Positions 10,356-19,367 of a DNA stretch of 64,000 bases are shown here, piece after piece; positions within the stretch are counted from its first letter, which is position 1, and every line of letters begins with the position of its first letter. Origin of the DNA: Blastococcus sp. (GTDB lineage: Bacteria > Actinomycetota > Actinomycetes > Mycobacteriales > Geodermatophilaceae); NCBI GenBank assembly GCA_042090795.1, contig JBELIQ010000013.1:7780-71779 (forward strand). The letters are read 5' to 3'. Under the pieces are notes generated by a model that saw only the letters and a list, made by a program, of their open reading frames with translations, did not search any database and was not told where the DNA came from. Both the position numbers and the translations under genes were made by a program.

Positions 10356-11108
10356 GTGGGCATCGACACAGGTCCGGTCCTCCTCCTGGGCGGGCGCAGC
10401 GAGATCGGCGTGGCCGTCGCCGTCCGGCTCGCAGCACTCGGCTGCGGCACGTTCGTGCTGGCTGCGCGCCGGCCCGACCAGCTCGACGGGCAGGAGGCCG
10501 AACTGCGCCGCGCGGGCGCCACGACCGTCGGCCGGGTCGCCTTCGACGCCGACGACCTGGCAGGTCACCGAGCCGTCCTCGCCGAGGTCGAGGAGCGGTT
10601 CGGCGTCCCGGCGACGGTGGTCGTGGCCTTCGGCGTGCTGGGCGACCAGGCGCTCGCCGAACGCGACCCGGCCGCCGCGGTCGCCGTCGTGCACACCGAC
10701 TACACCGCCCAGGTGCACGTCCTCACCCTGCTGGCCGACCGGCTGCGGGCGGCCGGTCGCGGCACGCTGGTCGTCTTCTCCTCGGTGGCCGGGGTGCGGG
10801 TGCGGCGGGCCAACTACGTGTACGGCTCGGCGAAGGCCGGGCTCGACGGGTTCGCCAGCGGCCTGGCCGACGCGCTGGCCGGTTCCGGCGTGCGGCTGCT
10901 GCTGGTCCGCCCCGGCTTCGTGATCGGCCGGATGACCGAGGGCATGTCGCCGGCACCGTTCTCCAGCACGCCGGACCAGGTGGCCGACGCCGTCGTCGCG
11001 GGGCTGCGGGGACGGCGCGGCGAGGTGTGGGTCCCGGGGGTGCTGCGACCGGTCTTCTTCCTCCTGCGACTGCTCCCCCGCGCCCTCTGGCGGCGGATGC
11101 CCCGGTGA
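10356..11108 (+). CDS. SDR oxidoreductase, DprE2 paralogue (Rv2073c/NCgl1429-like)
   Basis: GGRSEIG, HTDYTAQV, SSVAGVRVRRANYVYGSAKAG, GFVIGRMTEGM, C-terminal WRRMPR. Confidence 0.85.
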   Translation: MGIDTGPVLLLGGRSEIGVAVAVRLAALGCGTFVLAARRPDQLDGQEAELRRAGATTVGRVAFDADDLAGHRAVLAEVEERFGVPATVVVAFGVLGDQALAERDPAAAVAVVHTDYTAQVHVLTLLADRLRAAGRGTLVVFSSVAGVRVRRANYVYGSAKAGLDGFASGLADALAGSGVRLLLVRPGFVIGRMTEGMSPAPFSSTPDQVADAVVAGLRGRRGEVWVPGVLRPVFFLLRLLPRALWRRMPR

Positions 11109-11139
11109 CCGCGTCCGCCGCCGTAGGCTCCGGCTCGTC

Positions 11140-11607
11140 ATGACCGGTCCCTCGCGCCGTCCCGCCCGCTCCCGCCGCGACCGCCACGGCCGGGGCCTGC
11201 GCGGCCGCCTGGTGCCGGCGGAGGTGCCCCTGGCGCGCAGCCGCGCCGAGCAGTTCGACGACCTGGTCCTCGATGCGGTCGAGGAACTCGAGCGCCGGTG
11301 GGAGCGCGAGCTCGCCGGCGTGGAGTTCGCCGTCGAGGACGTGCCGTGGGTGGACCACACCAGCCCCGACGACGTCGTGCTCGACGCCGACGTGCTCGAC
11401 GACGCCAGCGTGCCCCTGGCCCGCGTCCTGCCCGCCCACCGGGAGGACGGCCGCGAGGTGCCGCCGCGGATCATCGTCTACCGGCGGCCGCTCGAGCTGC
11501 GCGCCGGCGACCGGGACGACCTCGCCGACCTGGTGCGCGACGTCGTCGTGGACCAGGTGGCCGTGCTGCTCGGCCGCGACCCCGAGGAGATCGACCCCAC
11601 CGGGTGA
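11140..11607 (+). CDS. Zincin-like metallopeptidase family protein (Rv3259-like)
   Basis: RRDRHGRGLRG, RAEQFDDLV, IIVYRRPLELRA, EEIDP. Confidence 0.88.
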   Translation: MTGPSRRPARSRRDRHGRGLRGRLVPAEVPLARSRAEQFDDLVLDAVEELERRWERELAGVEFAVEDVPWVDHTSPDDVVLDADVLDDASVPLARVLPAHREDGREVPPRIIVYRRPLELRAGDRDDLADLVRDVVVDQVAVLLGRDPEEIDPTG

Positions 11608-11645
11608 GCGTGGCCACACCCCGTGCAACTGCGATGCTGGGTGCG

Positions 11646-12635
11646 ATGGACGTCCCCGCCGCGCCGTGGATCGCGCTCGGCGCGGTGCTGGGGATGCTGC
11701 TCCTCCTCGCGGCCGGCGCAGTCGCGCTCCGGCTCCGCTCGCCGTCGGCGACGACGGCACCGCCGCCGCCGGCAGCACCGTTCCGCGACGACCTCGCCGA
11801 CTTCCTCGCCTCCCCGCCGGGCACCCGGGACCGCCCGGACGACGACCGCGATGACGACCACGCCGACGTCTGGGTCCCGCTCGGCCCGGTACCCGCCGGC
11901 CCCGCCGGTCCCGCCGGCCCCGCCGGGGACCGGCCGGCCACGTCCCCAGCGGCGGGCACCTCCCCCGGCACCGTGCTCGCCGGCCTCGCGGTCGCCACCC
12001 TGCTGCTCGTCGGCGCCGCGGCGGCCCTCGCGGCGTCCGCCCGCACCCCGGAGACGGTGCGCGACGCCACGACCGGGGACGCTCCTGCCGGCACGACCGG
12101 CGCCGCCCCCCTCACCCCGACCGGCGACGACCCGGCAGCCACGTCGGCCCCGCCCCCCGTCCCGGGCGACGTCGCCGCCCGGCTGGCCTTCGGCGGCGTC
12201 GTCCTCGAGGAGCACGCCGTCGGCATCACCGCCGCCTATCCGGAGCTCGAGCTCTCCGTCGACGAGGACGGGCGGGCCGTCGCGCAGCTGCGGCTGCCCA
12301 CCGCGAACTGCCTGGCCACCTCGGCGCCCCCCGCGGCCGGCGATCCGGGCTGCCGGAGCGGGCGCACCGAGTACGCCCAGCTGGCCGGCTCCGACCTGCG
12401 GGTGGTCAGCGACGGCGACCGGCTGTCGGTGTCCGGCCGGTTCCCGACCTACCGGCGTCCCCCGGGAGCGCCGGTGGAGTGGACCGGGCGCAGCTACGAG
12501 CTGTCGGCCACGGTCGAGGGCGCCGGTGAGGAGCGCGCGGGGTGGCTCCCGGTCGAGGGCGAGCTGCGCTGGGAGGACCAGCGCACCACCACGCGGACGG
12601 ACGGCCCGCCGAGCGTCCTGAGCCCGGGGCGCTGA
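11646..12635 (+). CDS. Hypothetical membrane protein (two TM segments, extracytoplasmic C-domain)
   Basis: GC3-biased ORF with two hydrophobic stretches; start 11646 (alternative 11634). Confidence 0.7.
   Translation: MDVPAAPWIALGAVLGMLLLLAAGAVALRLRSPSATTAPPPPAAPFRDDLADFLASPPGTRDRPDDDRDDDHADVWVPLGPVPAGPAGPAGPAGDRPATSPAAGTSPGTVLAGLAVATLLLVGAAAALAASARTPETVRDATTGDAPAGTTGAAPLTPTGDDPAATSAPPPVPGDVAARLAFGGVVLEEHAVGITAAYPELELSVDEDGRAVAQLRLPTANCLATSAPPAAGDPGCRSGRTEYAQLAGSDLRVVSDGDRLSVSGRFPTYRRPPGAPVEWTGRSYELSATVEGAGEERAGWLPVEGELRWEDQRTTTRTDGPPSVLSPGR
11892..11927 (+). repeat. 4 x 9-bp tandem repeat (PAG)4
   Basis: CCCGCCGGN x4. Confidence 0.85.
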
Positions 12636-12732
12636 GCCGGCTCGGGTCCGACGACGACCCGGGTGTGCCTGCCCCGGACAGCACCGCAGCCGCCGACGGG
12701 GACGGTCGGCGGCTGCAGGTGACGTGCTGGAA

Positions 12733-12796
12733 CGGCCCCCCTCCGGAGCCCGGGCCGAGAGTGCGAGGGCTGGGGAGGAGGGGTGCCTCCGTCAGA
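12733..12796 (-). repeat. Nested palindromic repeat element at the whiB2 stop codon
   Basis: TCTGACGGAGGCA-CCCCTCC...TCGCACTCTC...GGAGGGG-GGCCG. Confidence 0.8.
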
Positions 12797-13172
12797 CGGC
12801 GCGGCGGCGGAGCCGGCGGCGCTCCCGCTCGGACAGCCCGCCCCAGATGCCGAAGCGCTCGTCGTTGGAGAGCGCGTACTCGAGGCACTCGGCCTTGACC
12901 TCGCAGCCGGTGCAGATCTTCTTCGCCTCCCGGGTGGAGCCGCCCTTCTCGGGGAAGAACGCCTCCGGGTCCGTCTCGGCACACAGGGCGCGCTCCTGCC
13001 AGGACTGCCCCTCGGCCTCCAGGCCGATGCCCAGCAGCCCGCTGATCCCGGTCCCCGTGGGAGCGCCCAGGCCCTGTCCGGCGCCCAGGCCCTGTCCGGC
13101 GCCCGCGCCGAACCGGTCGGTCGTCCGGTCGCTGCCGCTGACGTAATCGCTCAACCACGAGACCTCGGCCAT
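12792..13172 (-). CDS. whiB: WhiB2-type Fe-S transcription regulator
   Basis: WQERALCAETDPEAFFPEKGGSTREAKKIC..CEVKAECLEYAL...GIWGGLSERERR. Confidence 0.97.
   Translation of the reverse strand: MAEVSWLSDYVSGSDRTTDRFGAGAGQGLGAGQGLGAPTGTGISGLLGIGLEAEGQSWQERALCAETDPEAFFPEKGGSTREAKKICTGCEVKAECLEYALSNDERFGIWGGLSERERRRLRRRAV
13063..13104 (-). repeat. 18-bp tandem repeat in the whiB N-terminus (GAGQGL)
   Basis: GCGCCCAGGCCCTGTCCG x2 plus a 6-bp partial copy. Confidence 0.9.
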
Positions 13173-13260
13173 GACGGTGCGTCCCCTCTCGCTCTCGTCC
13201 CGGTGCGCGGCTGTCGAGACGTTCCCGAACCGCTCAGCACCTGATGACGTCCACGGAATT

Positions 13261-13368
13261 ACACGCGTGTCGTTGCCCGGCCGTCAACTTTGCCCGGTGT
13301 AAGCGACACGCCACACGTGCCCCACCCGTCACGCGCCGTTCGTCACATCTCGTCTGCTACCTCGACAC
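13261..13368. promoter_or_regulatory. whiB/cofD divergent control region with ACACGCGTGT palindrome and GACAC boxes
   Basis: Perfect 10-bp palindrome 13261-13270; GTGTC 13267, GACAC 13305 and 13364 (WhiA-type motif). Confidence 0.5.
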
Positions 13369-13413
13369 GCCCGTGGAACAGTCGACAACTGCCTATCGGG
13401 CACGATGTGTTTC

Positions 13414-14364
13414 GTGCAGATCGTGGTGCTGGCTGGTGGGACCGGAGGGGCTCGATTCCTGAGGGGGGTGCGGGCGGCCGCGCCCGACGCGGAGATCACC
13501 GCGGTGGTGAACACCGGGGACGACGTGACCCTGCACGGGCTGCGCATCTGCCCCGACCTGGACACCGTCGTCTACACCCTGGGCGGCGGCATCGACGAGG
13601 ACCGCGGGTGGGGCCGGGCGGGCGAGAGCTGGACGGTCAAGGAGGAGCTCGCCGCCTACGGCGCGGACCCCGACTGGTTCGGCCTCGGCGACCGCGACCT
13701 GGCCACCCACCTCATCCGCACCCGGATGCTCGACGCCGGCTATCCCCTGTCGGCCGTGACCGCTGCGCTCGCCGACCGGTGGCAGCCCGGCGTCACCGTG
13801 CTGCCGATGAGCGACCAGCGGGTCGAGACCCACGTCGTCGTGACCGATCCGGAGAACGGCCGCCCCCGCGCCATCCACTTCCAGGAGTGGTGGGTGCGGC
13901 ACCGCGCCGAGCTGGCGGCGTCGGCCTTCGTGCAGGTCGGTGTCGACGCCGCGCGCCCCGGCCCGGGGGTGACCGAGGCCTTCGCCGGCGCCGACGCCGT
14001 CCTGTTCGCGCCGTCGAACCCGGTCGTGTCGGTCGGGACGATCCTCGGCGTCCCCGGCATGCGCGAGGCGCTGCTGGCCACGCCGGGGCGCATCGCGGGC
14101 GTCTCGCCGATCGTCGGCGGGGCCGTCGTGCGCGGGATGGCCGACCGCTGCCTGCCGGTGCTGGACATCGAGGTCAGCGCCGAAGGGGTGGGCCGGCACT
14201 ACGGCGCGCGGTCCGACGGCGGGCTGCTCGACGCCTGGCTGGTGGCGGCCGACGACCCCGCCGACGTCCCCGGCGTCGACGTCCGGCGGGTCCCGCTGCT
14301 GATGTCCTCCCCCGAGGCGACGACGGCACTGGCCCGCGCCGCCCTGGACGCCGCCGGTGTCTGA
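13414..14364 (+). CDS. cofD: 2-phospho-L-lactate/PEP transferase (F420 biosynthesis)
   Basis: [42 protein letters not shown]; GTG start 13414. Confidence 0.96.
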   Translation: MQIVVLAGGTGGARFLRGVRAAAPDAEITAVVNTGDDVTLHGLRICPDLDTVVYTLGGGIDEDRGWGRAGESWTVKEELAAYGADPDWFGLGDRDLATHLIRTRMLDAGYPLSAVTAALADRWQPGVTVLPMSDQRVETHVVVTDPENGRPRAIHFQEWWVRHRAELAASAFVQVGVDAARPGPGVTEAFAGADAVLFAPSNPVVSVGTILGVPGMREALLATPGRIAGVSPIVGGAVVRGMADRCLPVLDIEVSAEGVGRHYGARSDGGLLDAWLVAADDPADVPGVDVRRVPLLMSSPEATTALARAALDAAGV

Positions 14365-15487
14365 CGAAGGACCCCGTCCTCCTCACGCCTCGCACGCTCG
14401 CCGCGAGCCTCTGGACGGGGCCGTTCCATCGGGGGTCACGGTGCTGCCCGTCGTGGGGCTGCCGGAGTTCGCGCCGGGCGACGACCTCGCCGCCGCGCTG
14501 GCCGCCCGCGCTCCCTGGCTCGCCGACGGCGACGTCGTCGTCGTCACCTCCAAGGTGGTCTCCAAGGTCGAGGGCGCCCTGGTCCGCGTGGAGCCCGGCG
14601 CCGACCGCGAGGCCGCCCGGCAGGCCGCGATCGACGGGCAGACCGTGCGGGTCGTGGCCCGCCGCGGACCGCTGAAGATCGTGCAGACGCCGCACGGCTG
14701 GGTCGTGGCCGCCGCGGGCATCGACGCGTCCAACGTCGACCAGGGCTCGCTGGTCCTGCTCCCGGAGGACTCCGATGCCTCGGCACGCGCGCTGCGAGCC
14801 CGGCTCGCGGACCTGCTCGGCGTCGACGTCGCCGTGGTGGTCAGCGACACGTTCGGCCGCACCTGGCGGGAGGGGCTGACCGACGTCGCCGTCGGATCGG
14901 CCGGGATCACGGCGCTCGTGGACCACCGGGGTGCCGTCGACGCCCACGGCAACCGGCTGGAGACGACGCGGATCGCCCTGGTGGACGAGCTGGCCTCGGC
15001 CGCCGACCTGGTCAAGGGCAAGCTCGCCGGCGTGCCGGTCGCGGTGATCCGCGGTCTCCCGCCGGCCCGGCCCGAGCCGGACGAGGGCACCCGCCCGCTG
15101 GTCCGGCTGCCCTCGGACGACCTGTTCCCCTACGGCTCCCGGGACGTCGTGGGCTCCCGCTCGCCCGCTGCCGACCTGGTGCCGCGGGCCGGCGAGCTCG
15201 ACGCGGTGGCGGCGGCCCTCCGCACCGCCAGCGCGGCGCTGCCGGAGTTCCCGGTCGTGCTGCGCTTCGGCGGGGAGGGCGACGGGGTCGTCGACGTCCA
15301 CCTGACCGACGCGGTGACCACCACCACCGCGGTCAACCTCGGGGCGCTCGTCGGTGCCGCGATCGTGCAGCTCCACGCGGAGGGCTGGTCCACCCGCTGG
15401 GAGCCGGCCGCCACGGCGGGGGGCACCTCACTCGTCGGGAGGCTGTGGCTGGGCGTCCTGCCCACCGGTAGCGGCTCCGGTCGGTAA
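14357..15487 (+). CDS. cofE: Coenzyme F420-0:L-glutamate ligase with a short, degenerate C-terminal domain
   Basis: [51 protein letters not shown]. Confidence 0.93.
   Translation: MSDEGPRPPHASHARREPLDGAVPSGVTVLPVVGLPEFAPGDDLAAALAARAPWLADGDVVVVTSKVVSKVEGALVRVEPGADREAARQAAIDGQTVRVVARRGPLKIVQTPHGWVVAAAGIDASNVDQGSLVLLPEDSDASARALRARLADLLGVDVAVVVSDTFGRTWREGLTDVAVGSAGITALVDHRGAVDAHGNRLETTRIALVDELASAADLVKGKLAGVPVAVIRGLPPARPEPDEGTRPLVRLPSDDLFPYGSRDVVGSRSPAADLVPRAGELDAVAAALRTASAALPEFPVVLRFGGEGDGVVDVHLTDAVTTTTAVNLGALVGAAIVQLHAEGWSTRWEPAATAGGTSLVGRLWLGVLPTGSGSGR
14359..14423 (+). repeat. Nested palindromic repeat element at the cofD stop / cofE N-terminus
   Basis: GTCTGACGAAGGA-CCCCGTCC...TCGCACGCTC...GGACGGGG-CCG. 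Confidence 0.88.
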
Positions 15488-15498
15488 CGTGCCCGCCC

Positions 15499-16368
15499 AT
15501 GCGCGGGATCATCCTGGCCGGGGGCACGGGGAGCCGGCTCTTCCCCATCACCCAGGCAGTGAGCAAGCAGCTCATGCCGGTCTACGACAAGCCGATGATC
15601 TACTACCCGCTCTCGACGCTGATGATGGCCGGCGTCCGCGAGGTGCTGATCATCACCACCCCCGATGACTCCGACGCGTTCCGCGCGCTGCTGGGCGACG
15701 GCAGCCGGCTGGGCATGCGCATCGAGTACGCGGTCCAGCCGCGGCCCGAGGGGCTGGCGCAGGCGTTCCTGATCGGCGCGGAGTTCCTCGACGGCGAGGC
15801 GGCCGCCCTCGTGCTGGGCGACAACATCTTCTACGGCGCCGGCCTGGGCACCGCCCTGGCCCGGCTGCCCGAGCCCGCCGGCGGCCACGTGTTCGCCTAT
15901 CACGTGGCCAACCCGCAGGAGTACGGCGTCGTGGAGTTCGACACCGCCGGCCGCGTGCTGTCCATCGAGGAGAAGCCGGCGAAGCCCAAGAGCTCCTACG
16001 CCGTCCCGGGGCTGTACTTCTACGCGGGCGACGTCGTCGAGGTGGCCCGCGGCATCCGGCCCAGCGAACGCGGCGAGCTGGAGATCACCGCCGTGAACGA
16101 GCACTACCTGCGGGCGGACCGGCTCACCGTCACCGTCCTGGACCGCGGCACCGCCTGGCTGGACACCGGCACGTTCGCCTCGCTGCGCCAGGCCACGGAG
16201 TTCGTCTCGGTGGTCGAGGAACGGCAGGGCCTCAAGATCGGCTGCATCGAGGAGGTCGCCTGGCGCAACGGCTGGCTGGACGACGACGGCCTGGTGCGCG
16301 CGGCCGGGCCGCTGGGCAAGAGCGGCTACGGCGACTACCTGCTCGGGCTGCTCGCCGAGCGGCACTGA
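15499..16368 (+). CDS. rmlA: Glucose-1-phosphate thymidylyltransferase
   Basis: [33 protein letters not shown]; [10 protein letters not shown]. Confidence 0.98.
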   Translation: MRGIILAGGTGSRLFPITQAVSKQLMPVYDKPMIYYPLSTLMMAGVREVLIITTPDDSDAFRALLGDGSRLGMRIEYAVQPRPEGLAQAFLIGAEFLDGEAAALVLGDNIFYGAGLGTALARLPEPAGGHVFAYHVANPQEYGVVEFDTAGRVLSIEEKPAKPKSSYAVPGLYFYAGDVVEVARGIRPSERGELEITAVNEHYLRADRLTVTVLDRGTAWLDTGTFASLRQATEFVSVVEERQGLKIGCIEEVAWRNGWLDDDGLVRAAGPLGKSGYGDYLLGLLAERH

Positions 16369-16520
16369 CGCCGGCAGCGGGGGTGCGCGCGGCCGACGGG
16401 CGCCCTGCCCCGGAGCCGGATCGCGCCTAGGCTGGGACGTCGAACCGCCCGGCCAGGTCGTTGCCGCCGGCGGTGGCCGCCGGGACGACCGTGCACCCAG
16501 CGCAGGACGGACGAACCACC

Positions 16521-18324
16521 GTGCCGAGCACCGCCCAGGACCACCCCGCCGCCGCGCCGACGGAGGCACCACCGGGTCAGGTCCCGGGCCGGCGCGACAC
16601 CCCCGGACCGCCTGCGCACCGTCGAGCGGATCCTCTACGCCGCGGTCCTGCTGGGCGTCCTGGGCGCCGGGTGGGCCCGTCGCTGGACGTCGGACGACGC
16701 GTTCATCAACTTCCGCGTGGTCGAGAACCTCCTCGCCGGCAACGGCCCGGTGTTCTCCGCCGGGGAGCGGACCGAGGTCGCCACGAGCCCGGCCTGGCTC
16801 GCGGTGCTGACCGTCGCCGAATGGCTGGTGCCGGGTGACGCCGTGGCCTGGATCTCCGTGGTGCTCGGGCTGGTCGGGACGGCGACCGGCGTCCTGCTCG
16901 CCATGCTGGGTGCGCGCGCCCTGTTCGGCGGCACGGCGGCACGGCTGTCGGTCCCCTTCGGCGCGGTCGTCTTCCTGGCCCTGCCGCCGACGTGGGACTT
17001 CACCACCTCCGGACTCGAGACGGGCCTGTCCTTCGCCTGGCTGGGCGCGTCCTTCTGGGGGCTCGTGCGCTGGCTGCAGCGCGGGCAGCGGTGCGCCGGC
17101 CGGCCGGTGTGGCTCTACGTGCTGCTGGGCCTCGGCCCGCTCGTCCGGCCCGACTTCGCCCTCGTCGCCGGGGTCCTGCTGCTGTGGATCACCGTGTCCG
17201 CCGTCGGCCCCTGGTGGCGGCGGTTGCTGGGCCTGGCCGCCGCCGGGCTCCTGCCGGTCGCCTACCAGGTCTTCCGGATGGGCTTCTACGGGCTGGTCGT
17301 CCCCAACACCGCCGTGGCCAAGGAGTCCGGCCGCCCGCTCTGGGGGCGCGGCACGGACTACCTGCTGGACCTCGCGGCGCCGCACCTGCTGTGGGTCCCC
17401 GGCCTGCTCCTCGTCGCGATGGTCGCCGTCCTGCTGCCCTCGCCGGCGTGGCGCGCCCGCGAGTGGTCGCTCGCCGGCGCCGTGGTCCTGGCGGCCGTGG
17501 CGCACGGTCTCTACGTGGTGCGGGTCGGCGGCGACTTCATGCACGCCCGCCTGCTGATGCCGAGCCTGTTCCTCCTGCTCTGCCCGCTCGCCGCCGTGCC
17601 GTTCGTCCGGGCCCGCGCCCGGGCCGGCGCCGCCGTCCTCACCGCGACCGCGGTCTGGGCGCTGGCCTCGGCGGCGGTCCTGCGCACCGACTACGAGGGG
17701 AGCGTCTCCGCCGACGGCCTGATCGCCGACGAGCGGGGCTTCTACGCCGGCCTGGCGGGGGTCGCGAACCCGGTCACGCTGGAGGACCACGGCGGCGCCG
17801 GGGTGTCCGGCTACGTCGCCCGGGTCAACCAGCTCGCCGACGACGGGGCGGACCTCGTGGTGCTCCAGGTGACGCCGGTGCGACCCGGCACCGAGGTCGA
17901 GGTGCTCGCGCCCTCGTCGGGCGGCGTGGTGTTCTCCGTCGGCAACGCCGGGTTCTACGGGTACGCCGCCGACCTCGACGTCTTCGTCCTCGACGGCCTG
18001 GGCCTCACCGACACGGTCAACAGCCACATCGAGGCCGGGCCGCCCGGGCGTCCGGGGCACGAGAAGATCTATCCGGCCTGGTACCTGCTCGCCCGCTACG
18101 GCGCGGCCGAGCTCGCCGAACGCCAGGTCGAGGACCTGCCCGCCATCGATCTGGTGGCGGCCTCGCGCACCGCGCTCGCCTGCGGGGACCTCGCCGAGCT
18201 CGTGGCATCGACGACCGAGCCGCTGACCTGGCAGCGCTTCCGTGACAACCTGGTGGGTGCGCCCGATCGCACCTCCCTGCGCATCCCGGCCGACCCGGCC
18301 GAGGCGGTGCAGCAGTTCTGCTGA
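16521..18324 (+). pseudogene. aftB: AftB-like terminal beta(1->2) arabinofuranosyltransferase with an apparent +1 frameshift near 16600 (may be a sequence error)
   Basis: RWTSDDAFINFRVVENLLAGNGPVF...GERTEVATSP, LVPNTAVAK-like, GGDFMHARLL and PGRPGHEK motifs. The frame has no ATG/GTG/TTG between 16369 and 16717. A GTG at 16521 is in another frame. Confidence 0.75.
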
Positions 18325-18331
18325 GCGGTCC

Positions 18332-19252
18332 TCAGATCCGGCGGTGGTCGGTCGGGGCGTTGCGCGGCCCGAACCGCGGCGCCCGCGCCACCCCGTTGAC
18401 CAGCAGCAGCCGGACCACCCGGTGCCGCTGCCCGGTCCAGGGCGCGAGCAGCGCCATCATCGCGTCGTCGTCGGTGCGGGCGGCCCCCGTCAGCGCGAAA
18501 CCGACCTGGTTCTTCAGGTGGAAGTCGCCGTAGCTCACCGTGTCGGGGCAGCCGAAGACCCGCTGCACGACCTCGGCCGCGGTCCAGCGCCCGATGCCGG
18601 GCACCGTCGTCAGCCGGCGCTGCAGGTCTGCCGCGTCGAGGGCCTCGGGCGGCTCCATGCGGGCGGCCACCGACGCGACCGCGCGCAGCGCCCGGCGGCG
18701 GGCGCCGTCCAGGCCGCAGCGGTGCCACTCCCAGTCGGTGATGTCCAGCAGCCGGCGGGGCGAGGGCGGCACCCGCATGCCGTCGGGTGCGGGTCCCGGT
18801 GCCGGGTCCCCCGCCAGCCGCAGCAGCGCCCGCCACACGCGGTTCGCCTCGATCGTGGTCACCTTCTGCTCCAGCACCGCCGGCACGAGCGCGTCCCACG
18901 TCCGCTCGGTGCGGCCCAGCCGCAGCCACGGGGTCGTGCGCTGGAGCCGGGAGAGCAGCGGATGGCCGGCGCAGTCCAGGGCGGCGGCGTCGTCGGCCGC
19001 GCCGAGCCAGCCCGGCACCCGCCGGCCGGCCCACTCCGCCCCCGGCCCCCATGCGGCGACGCGGACCTCCCCGCCGGCAACGGTGATCCGGACGGCCGCC
19101 GCGCCGTCGGGCGTGGTCGTCACCCGCCAGGTCCCGTCCTGCTCGAACCGCAGGGTGGGGTCACCGGCCCCGCGCAGGTGCACCGCCAGCGTGCGCCGGA
19201 CCTCCAGCGGCCAGTCCGGCCGGAAGGCGGACTCGAAGGCAGGTGCGGACAC
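18332..19252 (-). CDS. HhH-GPD DNA-3-methyladenine glycosylase 2 family (AlkA-like)
   Basis: ALVPAVLEQKVT, TVPGIGRWTA, GDFHL. Confidence 0.9.
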   Translation of the reverse strand: MSAPAFESAFRPDWPLEVRRTLAVHLRGAGDPTLRFEQDGTWRVTTTPDGAAAVRITVAGGEVRVAAWGPGAEWAGRRVPGWLGAADDAAALDCAGHPLLSRLQRTTPWLRLGRTERTWDALVPAVLEQKVTTIEANRVWRALLRLAGDPAPGPAPDGMRVPPSPRRLLDITDWEWHRCGLDGARRRALRAVASVAARMEPPEALDAADLQRRLTTVPGIGRWTAAEVVQRVFGCPDTVSYGDFHLKNQVGFALTGAARTDDDAMMALLAPWTGQRHRVVRLLLVNGVARAPRFGPRNAPTDHRRI

Positions 19253-19367
19253 CGGCGTGCCGGCCGGCGTGGTGGTGCTCAGTGCGCGCTCCGGGGTGCG
19301 AGGTGACGGGTGCTGCCCGCCTCGGGTGCGTCAGCGGGGCACGACGGTACCCGGGATCAGCGGGGGG

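Noticed and set aside
15130-18060. 976-aa minus-strand ORF
   Set aside because: Antisense shadow of rmlA and aftB, typical of high-GC DNA, with no recognisable motifs.
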